A stretch of DNA of 64,000 nt from NCBI RefSeq assembly GCF_902652985.1, contig NC_047015.1:16678001-16742000 (forward strand), read 5' to 3'. Numbering within the stretch: the stretch's first letter is position 1; each line of letters starts with the position of its first letter. Source of the stretch: Pecten maximus (lineage: Eukaryota). Made by a program: the position numbers and the translations under genes. The notes beneath the pieces were generated by a model, which did no database searches, was not told where the DNA came from, and saw only the letters and a list, made by a program, of their open reading frames with translations. Below are positions 53,540 to 64,000 of this stretch, one piece after another.

Positions 53540-53960
53540 TTAGACCGCCCTTCGTCGTCCATCATCGATTTTTGGCATGCAAAGCATTCTATGTCGTGAG
53601 AAGCCATATGCATTCCTTTAAAAGCACCTACGTACAGAATGTTTTAAAAACAGTATTGTTCAAGGTCATAGGGATCAAATAGGCTGAAATTTTAAACGCC
53701 TTTGAGTCCCAGGAAGTTGATATTGGGTCTGTAGCATGCTGGGTGAAGGGCTACCAAGTTTGTTCAAATGAATGATCCCGACTCACATTCAAGGTCACGT
53801 CGGTCAAGTATGCTTAGATCTTTAAATGACTTCTGCATAGCCAAAAAGCCGAGACATTATATTGGCCCTGTAGCATGCTTTCAAATAACTTCAGGATCCA
53901 TATATGAAAAGATCAATGCATTGCAGGTCAGGGATTCGGGCCCATCGGGCCCTTGTTGTG
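53540..53960 (-). mobile_element. Degenerate Helitron-like core-repeat element (same family as 19661)
   Basis: Reverse complement starts ACAAGGGCCCGATGGGCC and contains TTTGAACAAACTTGGTAGCCCTTCACCCAGCATGCTACA. Confidence 0.55.
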
Positions 53961-54149
53961 TTCAGGTATATAGCAGTCTTTATTGTTTTCGCAAAAACAG
54001 TTTTAGCTTGACTGTCCCTTTACCTGACCAAACAGAAACTGCTACCTGAACACAATAACAATCAAATTCTGATATTTTCATTAAATATTTATATTTATAT
54101 ATATTAAATATGTTTGTATGATTGATATGTAAGCTTGCTTGAAATTTTT

Positions 54150-54600
54150 ATGCAGTAGTTTTCTGTACTTTCCATTTTATCTTTTGCACCACTGGCAAAC
54201 ATTTTCGCTTTACATGTTCAATGAGGTAATTGATTAAGAGCAATATGGGGATCAGTCCAAGCATGCTTCCCCAATTTATTCTTCTCTTTCCAAGTTTGAT
54301 GCTTCTCCATAAACAATAACTCATTGTTTTCTGTCTTCCATGAAGTTCCTGATCCAACCTTGAGTTTTGACCTCTAATGTCATAGCCATCCAACTTGATT
54401 AAACAGATTGTTTATGAAGAACGGTGTCAAATGCTTACGCCGATTCTTTCTCTTCAATTAGTTTGGTTAATTTTGTCCATGTACATCAACCCTTCCACGA
54501 CTTTAAGTGATATCAATATTTCTTTGCGCACTTCAAACATGTTTTTTTCCAGATGAATACAGTCGGCGCCCCGTGATTTTGAGACATTTATTTCAGTTAG
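54150..54600 (-). mobile_element. Degenerate LINE RT fragment
   Basis: Remnants resembling K.DGY.IRG..L.WI..F..GR.Q and GSMLGLIPILLLIN, typical of the CR1/L2-type RT region. Confidence 0.5.
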
Positions 54601-55900
54601 CGTTTCCTCGATCAGTCTCGCCTATTGATTGCCATTGACATTAAGAGTTCCCCTGATGAAGATTCAAGCATACATTTTGTATTTTTGGTCTGGACAGAAA
54701 ACCGAAAGACAATCTGATTAAAATCAGCTGTTATATGTCTTCATTTTCTACGTACTACGCCTGAACATCTGAAGGTGCTTAATTTGCTGTCAATGTGGCC
54801 ATGTAACAGCTGATGTTAATAAGATTGACCAAAAGAAGTCCGATAAGATTCAAGAGTGAATAGAAAAATAGACCAGTAAAACAATACATGTATTTATATT
54901 CTTGTAGATATAAGAACATTACAACACTCATGATCATATGGCTGTGAATGCCAATTTGTTTAGAATTAAAGGAAAGACCTTTCGCAAACTTCACATATAT
55001 ATGTTCCCATTGGTTCCTAGTTTTGCCCATTTCATTTTGAATCTTATCAGGAAAACAGAATGGCCGACAGCGCCATTTTTATTTGTGGTGGTTGAACTTT
55101 TTTATCGCCATTTCTTAAGAAGTACTTGGATATGACTGAAATTACGTTGGTTCCAGTTCATCTCTCGTTGTACCCGTTCAATTTTGAGTCTGATGGTTTT
55201 AAAAAGTTCAACAGGCAACCATTTTGAATTTTGTCAGTTTGGACTATAAGCTCACCCCTATTTCTGAGAAGAACTGGTACAATCTATCTTAAACTTGATA
55301 TGTAGGGGCCCCTTGGTCACTAGTAGATCTTGTTCCATATAGAGTTTGACCAGGAATATAAAATGGCCGACAGGCAGCCATGTTGAATTTTGTCAGTTGA
55401 ATTTTGTTAATCGCTATATCTCAAGAAGTACAAGATATTTACAAGTTGATGTGTCGGTTCTCTGCCATTCAATGTTATGTATGATAACCAAGTAATTTTT
55501 AGAAATCTGAGAAACAAAAATGGTGCCAGGTGAAAGTTCTTGAGCAATCTATCTCAGATTACTTATCTATGTAGGTTCCCCTTGTTTCGAAATGATTCAG
55601 AGGAAGAGGAAAGATGGGAAACGTATAGAAAAGTTTAATCTTGTATAGATCCAATTAAGATTTGACAGTGGGGTAGGGACCTATTTCTTTTTTTAAGACC
55701 TGTATATGTATACCTTTTACAGCAACTTCTCTCTGTGACTGTGGCAGTAACCACGGGATCAACCAAATAAAAAAAAAATGAAACTTAATCTCTCCCAAAA
55801 CTTTTTATTATTTCTTAAGTTACAAAACAAATCAAGAAGTGTCTATATATTCAGTCTACAGTCCATCCACTGGAACATATTCCATACTAGCACTCCATCA

Positions 55901-58900
55901 TCAATGATACTTCCGCTTGTCAACTGTAAACATAATATCATTAACAAAATTACTTAGTAACAGTGATAAGTTGGGTTTTTTTTAACCATCTTCCACGAGA
56001 AAATGTTTGTCAGAGCTTGTAGGAGCTATCCCCTCTTTGCATGCTCTCTAATTTAGAAATCATAAATTGTACATGAAAACAATCACAAGAAACTTCAATG
56101 TCATGTTTAACATATAAATGATAAATGTTGTTGTGGATGTGACATTATTATTAACAAATATTGCTGATGAATAGATATATGGATTAGGGCATCAGTCCTG
56201 ATACATGTTAAATGTAGTCGGGAGGCATGTAGGGCTATGTATGACAATAGGAAAATAACAAGAGCAACATGATCAAAACAGGGAAGATACTCCCTTGTGT
56301 TGTATTTCTTATTTCCATGGTAAAGTCATGTTTTCATTCTTACATAATGTAATATTTATCATCGATCTATCACTGCAAAAATAAAGGGTTGTATGAATTC
56401 AAATTCATCCATTACAAAATATTCATTTTGCTAAAAATTTAAATTCTCCATATTTTGTTGATAAAAAAGTTCCCTCCAAAATACAATTCTTGCTTAGATG
56501 TATGATTTCCTAGCTAAACAAGATCTAGAATTCTCCTTGTAAGTTGTAACTAAACAAATTTCAGATAATTGTCTTACTTTTTTATCCATATTTGGAAAAA
56601 TTGGGGTTTTGTTTTGTATTTTTCCCAGAATGTCCAGATTTTGAGAAAATTAGCATGGAAAGGCTCAAATGAAAACTTGTATTCTTAATCAATATACATA
56701 CAGACATGGTGGAAATGGTCACGTGCTTCGTTGAGTGCAACTGGTATACACAGGATTGGGAGTACCTTCCAGTTACCATTTTTACATGTAACATACTTCA
56801 ACTTGAAACTCCAAAAGCCTGAAATGGAAAATCTTGTAAATAAATTTGTTAAAATGTAGAAATTATTTCGGGCAATCACTTGCAAATATGACTCCATTAC
56901 ATTTCAAACCCACTCAACAAAGAATGTAGGCTTAGTTGGAATGTTGGTTGCATCAGTCTATGTGAATCTATTCTAGTCAATACTTAATTAATACAAAAAT
57001 ACAGATTTCATCCTACATTTTTTGTTTTGTTTTTAGTGGTGTAACATTCTGGCAACAGCCAGGGTTATATATATATAAGGATGGGTGTAAAGGAGACACC
57101 AACAACCAGGGTTATATAAGGATGGGGGTGAAGGAGACACCAACAGCCAGGGTTATATAAGGACAGGTGTAAAGGAGACACCAACAGCCACGGTTATATA
57201 AGGATGGGTGTAAAGGAGACACCAACAGTCATGGTTATATAAGGACGGGTGTAAAGTAGACACCAACAGTCACAGTTATATAAGGACAGGTGTAAAGGAG
57301 ACACCAACAGTCACGGTTATATAAGGACGGGTGTAAAGGAGACACCAACAGTCACGGTTATATAAGGATGGGTGTAAAGTAGACACCAACAGTCACGGTT
57401 ATATAAGGACGGGTGTAAAGGAGACACCAACAGTCACGGTTATATAAGGATGGGTGTAAAGGAGACACCAACAGCCAGCTGCAGGGTCACATAACGACAG
57501 GTGTAAAGGAGACACCTAAAGTAAGAAAACAAAGAAATACAGAGTAGTGACGAAAGAGAGGAAAGATTTAAGTTTAAGATTCCAAGTGCTGTAATGGGGT
57601 CAGAAGACTGATTTGGTTCACTTCAATGGCCCCTTATAGAAGACACTGAAAAAATCCCTGATTCTTCTGGGGGCCCATGCCCACTTTTAGTCACCAACTA
57701 CAATCAACATGCAGTGGGATACACCATGCCTTATTCTTGAGCTTTCTGGTGTCCCTTAAAAAAAGACAAAAGAGTAAAAGACATCAACCATGCAGGGGCA
57801 CCAACAGTAAGTTGCCTCTTATGACATGTAGCGAGATGCAGCAGGCATATTCTTTCCCCGATCCTGTACAATCAAATTTCATCCTACAACATGGAGGTAT
57901 AGCAAAAGGTGGCTTATATTATTATGATGAGTGAACGCAAAAGTGACAAGCGACTCAAGGGACCTGCATTGCTCACGACACCTGGATATTTCGGTGAACA
58001 TTGCAAAACTTATTCCCTATTGGGCCCTGCTCTTGATCTTGACCATATTATTATTATCATTATTTAATCAAAATTTTGAAAATTTCAGTCAGTCAGAATG
58101 CATGTTATCAGCACTGCTATAAAATCACTTAGCAGTCACTTACCTTAACAGACCCTAGTATTATTGTAGTATACATACTCAGTAGCAGTATAGTGGTATT
58201 ATAATAACCATTGGGATTGTGTAATACTGTGTTTGGCATGACAGTCATCTTAGCATCATTTCACAGGCAAGTATGAGTTGAAACCAACTGGTGGAACTTA
58301 AGAAAAAGTTGAAAATGGATTTTTCAAAATGACATTTTCAGACGGTGGTCTTAGCCAAGTGTTGTTATTTTTCAGAAACTCACTTGCATAAGATCATCCA
58401 GGATCACTTCAGGAAAGTTTTAGCTTAATTCTACCGGTGGAACTTGAGAAGAAGCTTAAATTAGGTGTTAGAAGCATTTAAGTTATATTCCTTAAATAAT
58501 ATTTTAAACTTTACCTCTCCCAATGGCCCTTGCAGCTCCTTGTGGGGAGTAATTCCTTCTTGAAATCCAGGATGGCAATTCCTTCATTTTTACATCCATA
58601 ACAGGTTTGTCAGCTGAAATTAATTCGAAACTATCATTATATGTCAATAAAAGCCACTATCCATAGCATGACAGAAGCTTAAGTATCCATGAGAGAAAGT
58701 CTAATACACTTTTTATACTATGTATACACCATCTCCACATGCTCTCAAGTGGAATCTTTCACCAAAGTTCAATCAGAGTTTTGTGTAGATAAAACATTCC
58801 CCTGACCTCAATGCATATGGTTTGTGTTTAGTCAATATATATAGAACACCACTGCAGTCACCCATCATTGAAGCTAGAGACAAACAAGATTCTTTCATCA

Positions 58901-59929
58901 AGTACTGCTACTTTATTTGGTGAAAATGAAAAGAATTGATATACCGATACATTGTAGTAGAGGTGAGGGTCAAGGGATTTTACTTTTTTTTTAGAATAAT
59001 TTAACTTACCTGTGAAACTTTGAAATAAGCCAGAATTAATTATGGGTATGTACAGCATGTACAACCATTTTGTTTTTCTGATCAAAAATTGAAATTCAAT
59101 CTGCACAACTAGGCACTAAGGGGAACCTACAAATGAAGTTTGAGACGTATCCCTCCAGTACTTTTCAAAAAATAACGATAACAAACTTCAACTCTTAAAA
59201 TTCAAGATGGCCACCTGTTGGCCATTTTGTTTTTCTGATAAAAAATCTAAATTTAAATGGCACAACTGGGGTTCATAAGAAATCTGAGAAAGATCATACT
59301 TCTGTCATATATTAGGACCAATGGAAACCTACAATATCCTTCCAATAGAAGAAATATTGACAACTAACTTCATCTGTCAAAATCCAAAGATGTCGCCAGT
59401 CGACCATTTAATTTGCCAACAAAAACCTGAATGGGCACAATTAAAGACCAAAGGAAAACTACATCTAAAGTTAGCCAATACATTAAATTAACAGTGATAA
59501 CAAACTCACAGTCAATATCTAAGATAGCCACCTGTCGGTCATCTGTGTCTATATTTCTAGTAATTACTTCAGTAAAAACTAATAAAAAATCAAAGATTTT
59601 CTATCCTACATTTTCTGACATTTTAACCGAAACACGCATCTTTAAGGCCTTGTACTACGCACAACATTCTAATTCTTAGGGACCTACATACACTCCAGTG
59701 CGGCGGTATACCAGTACGGTCAAAATAACACTGTCCAGATCCGCATGTGGAGTCAAGGACGTGAACATGTAATGGCGTATTTAAATGTATATTCAAATAA
59801 TGTTACTGATATCTTACGTTTTCCATAATACCGCGAAGGGTTGAATGTACCATGCACCCTTGGCTTATATAAAGGATCGTATTTGCCGGTTTCTGCGAGA
59901 GCCTCGTAGATTCCCCGTGATACCGACAT
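55901..59929 (-). CDS. ATP5MF: Mitochondrial ATP synthase subunit f, 4 exons, 116 aa
   Basis: Exons 59929-59818, 58613-58515, 56818-56702, 55923-55901 (351 nt). Motifs YKPRVHGTFNPSRYYGKPD, DVKMKELPSWISRRNYSP, and C-terminal RKYH. Confidence 0.87.
57030..57680. repeat. 41-bp tandem array (about 11 copies) inside a dispersed element related to 29510-30340
   Basis: Unit CAACAGTCACGGTTATATAAGGACGGGTGTAAAGGAGACAC over 57053-57517, with a homologous downstream tail. Confidence 0.85.
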
Positions 59930-60599
59930 CTTGCTTCAAGGGCAAAGTAGCTTCTAATATAAGGGTCCAATTACACATTATTAAAATCCGGAACACGTTA
60001 TTAATTTATTAATTGAGTAAATATATTTTGTGTCAAATTAGAAGCAGTGTCTCACTTGAATAAACATTTCAAGTCAGTAACATTGCCTAAGCTATATAAG
60101 CTATTGCTTTTTATTCGTGCATTTTCAAGGCGGATACTGGCTTCACCGAGTCCGTTTTCTTCATGTCCTCGTCCACAAATATTCCTACGCCAGAGCTGTC
60201 TCCATAAAAGCGATAATGGCAACATAAATTAACAATAACCGTAACAAGGTAATAAGATGATATAAATACCTGGATCGCAATGTATTTTTGGGAAAATACC
60301 AGATCCAGGTATTCATATCATCTAATAGACGACTTCCACAATGATCATGTCAGGGTATCGGGCCGACCATCACTGCGCCATTGTAACGTTCTTTTTTAAG
60401 TAAGCTGCGAGTATTTCTGGCTAGGCGATTGGGTGTCGTAGGTCGTGAGTTCGAGGCCCGGTCAGGGCACGAGTCATAAAGTTATCTTCCTTCGTCATTT
60501 GTGTTTTTATATATACATACTTATTTGTATACACAAAAAACATAACATACCATATGTAAATATATACATAAAATATAAATATATAAGGGGTGTAGGAGA

Positions 60600-61480
60600 A
60601 AAATCAGAATCTATTTGAGTTTGCAATGTACATGTATATCTGAGTGACTTGACAAATTCTTAAATTTTCATCTTGCAATAAATCATTTCTTCCGTGTAAA
60701 AGTAACTGCAGATCTAGTGGAATATACTCATTCATATCACGAAACAATGCTATTCTCTGGTTCACATAAGTATTACAAGCAAAGAAAACGTGATATGTAT
60801 CTTCAATTGGGTGTCCACATTGGCCGTGACGGTAATTAATCAAATTTACTCTTTATAGGTCATTGTTAAGTGTGCTGGATTTGTTTCTTGTCTAGCATGC
60901 ATTTTCTAGCACCGAAAGAATAATAATTTGGAACTACAGTACTGTTTTCGAGGGATTTTTTAAAGGATGGATAAGACACTATTTCTGATTTCAAGATCAA
61001 GTTGGTTCCACTGTCGAATGGAGGATGATAAGGAGGAGGAGTTAGTTAATTGTAGACGGAAATTTGGTAGAGAAAATTTGTGTGAATCACGCAGATTGTA
61101 TTGAGAGTTTTCTGAAACAGGAGGAGGTATTATAGTGACGATAAGTACTTTGGAACCAGGTGATTTTTAATTTTATAAAATAATTGAATTTTTCTTCTGG
61201 AACGTCTGTTACACGATGGTTCCAATCCACTTTCTGAATAGAGGGATTCTCTGCTGGCGTACGATGGTAACCCAGTTATAATTCTGACAGCTTCTAACTG
61301 TAGCTTTTCGAGTTTGTCTGCATCACTAGAGAGAACACCCATCCCAAACTTCACAACAATATTCAAATAATGATAGACAATAAGCTTTGTAAATCTTTAA
61401 TAAAGTTTGCTTGTTTAATACATATTTCAATTTACGAAGTACATTTAACTGCTTTGCAACGTTTTTACCTTTTCAGAAAT
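60600..61480 (-). mobile_element. LINE (CR1/L2-like) 3' fragment
   Basis: Remnant peptides KLEKLQLEAVRIITGLPSYASRESLYSESGLE..RR and C-terminal CGHPIEDTYHVFFAC..Y...R, disrupted. Confidence 0.75.
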
Positions 61481-63549
61481 TAACTCTTCCCAAGTATCTT
61501 GCCAAAATTTGGCTCCTGTTTTTATTTTGTTTACAACAACCACAATTAAACGACAACAAAACGCACACTGAACTCAAAAGAGGCGTAATCTGTAGTGATT
61601 GGTACTACAACTTTGTGATGTCAAATAGTGGCGTCCTTGTTTATTTTAGAACAAATGACAATTTTTGTACGGAAAACTAAACAAAAACGAGCCACAACAA
61701 CGTTACTTACATAACTGAAGAATTGTCTTACATATCATGTTTCGTGTTTGCTAATTACTCACAAGTTTTATTTATGTTTAGTGTATATTTATTAAGATTG
61801 TACGCATTGCCTGGCCCGGTAAAGAAATATTGATCGATATATTCCGTCGTAAACGTTTATTGCAATGAAAGAAGTCAACAACAACAACAAAACAACTAAA
61901 TGATATAGATTCATATGTCGGAAGACAAATCATATTTCTAAACGGGGTTTCAAAAGTATAGATGTTGGTCGAGGACCGTTGCACCGGCATCCATCTATAG
62001 GGACTTGAGTGTTACGTTTCACCGAGAACGTTTCCATTTCATGCTGATATATTTCCACAATTTCAACAAGGGGTTTTTAACTATTAGAAATAATAACAGT
62101 ACGGTTTTCGTTAAAATAATAACACAACAAATTTCGCGAAAAAAATATGCTACATAAAATTTGGAAGAACTGGAATTTTGGGGCCGATATGACAATTTTT
62201 TTGGGCCAAACGGTTTTGGGGCGTAACAATCGGGGCGAAATGGTTGGGGCGTAATGAATGAAATTTTGGGCGTAATAACTTTGGGGCGGAACGCCTGACA
62301 TCCTAATGGATATACGACCAGGAATGATTAACATATTGGGAAGCACGGTAACATGTTTTAAACTGACATTTTACCTTAAGGGTACGTCGTCTCTTTGTGA
62401 CGTCACAAAGATACGACGTATCCTTAAGGCAGAGACTTATAGGCCTACGTCTCTGCTTAGAATTATGTTACGGAGTCCCTCACTTTTTGACACTTTTGAT
62501 TTTTATATGTTTTTAGTTTTGTTTTAAAGTATATATGAAATGCAATAAAAAGAAATATTAACCTACCAAGATACGCCTCTGTTAGCTATTTCAAGCTAAC
62601 AGCGAAATAGAGACTTAGGTTTTTTTATTGCCTGTTGGATCTTGTCGCTTGTTCCTCGTCTTGGCGCTTCTTGTCGTATTTTAGGTATAACTTTTAAAGG
62701 AATATCGAAGACATTTTCTGTTACGTTCTTGTAAATCTGCAAAGACTGATTTATATAAATAAAAATTAAAATGATATTTTTTATCATAATTTCTACATTT
62801 ATGAAACGTTTTATTTTGAATATCCATGCCATAATATTAGGACTATATCACGGTTTAAACACCCCGGAAGCTGATCGTAGCTACATCCGGTGTGTTGATC
62901 GGTCGAAGAATCGGTTGATGAGCTAGGACTGCGATTACTGTACTGCAGTATGTTTTGGCCGACGTAGAAACACAGGGTGTGTATTATAGTATTAGGCCAA
63001 ACTGGAAATTTGTCTGTTTGGTAAACGGTGCAATATTGGTATTTGACAACAGAAAATGTCTCGTAACTCGGGTTACAATTAGTTTACTTCAAGCAGTGTT
63101 TTTAGCTTACATGACACAGGCAGGCAGATTAAATTGGGCAATTGATTACATGTTCATTTATCGCTGTTATAACTATGAATCGTTTAAGCTTGATGTTTAT
63201 AAACAACATTTGAACATATTCTATATGATGTTGCAATAAATTTTTATTCGAAACGATATAGTACTTTTTAGCATTGTCAGATGATTTTTTAGAAAAATGT
63301 TTGACACCAGTGTATGGAATTTTCTAACAAAATAATGTATACGTTCGTAAAACACACACAAAACAGCTTAGCTTTCACAAATTCTCCCTACAATTTACTC
63401 CAATCTTTATGTCAAATGATATGTGATAAACAATGTAATTTAAAATTTTGATTGACTTTACTGCATAGACTACTGTAGTTATATTTATATTTGATTACTT
63501 AATTGTAAATGTTTTGTAAATAATTAACCGAAATGGCTATTGAATACTG

Positions 63550-63979
63550 TGTAGCAGGCCGGGTTTTAATTGTAAATAGTTGTATGGTCGCCTTCTAGCT
63601 TCCGGCTAGGGGGAATTTCCCTTTAGCTCAGTCGGTATAGCGGCGGACCAGTAAGCCGAGGGTCGCGGGTTCGATCCCGGCTGGCTGCACACTACTACTC
63701 CTTGAACTTTTACATTGGTGCCGCAGACCACTCCAAGTGAAAGCAAGAGGCTTCCTTGGAGATAGAACCTGGGTTGGTGTGTTCGGGGGCGAACACGTTT
63801 GAAGGAGGGAGTAGTGTAGCAGGCCGGGTTTTAATTGTAAATAGTTGTATGGTCGCCTTCTAGCTTCCGGCTAGGGGGAATTTCCCTTTAGCTCAGTCGG
63901 TAGAGCGGCGGACCAGTAAGCCGAGGGTCGCGGGTTCGATCCCGGCTGGCTGCACACTACTACTCCTTGAACTTTTACA
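63550..63979 (+). mobile_element. Intact TRIM (non-autonomous LTR retrotransposon) with tRNA-derived LTRs, Helenus-like
   Basis: LTRs 63550-63714 and 63815-63979 (165 bp each, TG...CA, one mismatch seen). PBS TGGTGCCG at 63716, PPT GAAGGAGGGAG before LTR2, 100-bp internal region, ACTG TSD at 63546-63549 and 63980-63983. Each LTR has A-box TAGCTCAGTCGGTAGAGC and B-box GGTTCGATCCC. Confidence 0.92.
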
Positions 63980-64000
63980 ACTGTTAATGAATGAGAATCC

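Noticed and set aside
62170-62300. Short GGGGCG(T/A)AA-type subrepeats
   Set aside because: Probably a subterminal repeat fragment of a DNA transposon, but no matching opposite end or TSD was found, so it was not called.
62596-63239. Divergent ORFs around a CCGGAAG-containing CpG-rich patch
   Set aside because: Promoter-like, but there is no recognisable protein similarity or exon chain within the window.
63620-63955. Two apparent tRNA genes
   Set aside because: They have A and B boxes but no pairing acceptor stem or clear anticodon arm. They are parts of the TRIM LTRs.

Overview
AT-rich, intron-rich animal genomic DNA. The repeat families and gene sequences suggest a mollusc, probably a bivalve (inference). 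I reconstructed six spliced protein genes by hand with GT-AG junctions and consistent phases: NUBP2 (-), an MXRA7-like gene (+), EME1 (-), MRPL27 (+), MCRIP/FAM195 (-) and ATP synthase subunit f (-). The window also holds a tRNA-Gly(CCC) gene, a Y-box processed pseudogene, many transposon remnants and at least nine minisatellite or satellite arrays. Two observations stand out. (1) Several intronic minisatellites are built from splice junctions of their host genes. In NUBP2 intron 6, a 56-bp unit gives 21 AG/GT-flanked, in-frame 33-nt cassettes, most encoding the Fe-S-binding CPHC motif. In NUBP2 intron 7, the last-exon acceptor is amplified about 43 times. In EME1, a 33-nt stop-carrying cassette exon is present in 7 copies. 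(2) An intact, very young TRIM has tRNA-derived LTRs, a PBS, a PPT and a 4-bp TSD, and a related solo LTR lies elsewhere in the window. All calls are from reading the sequence; no searches were run.
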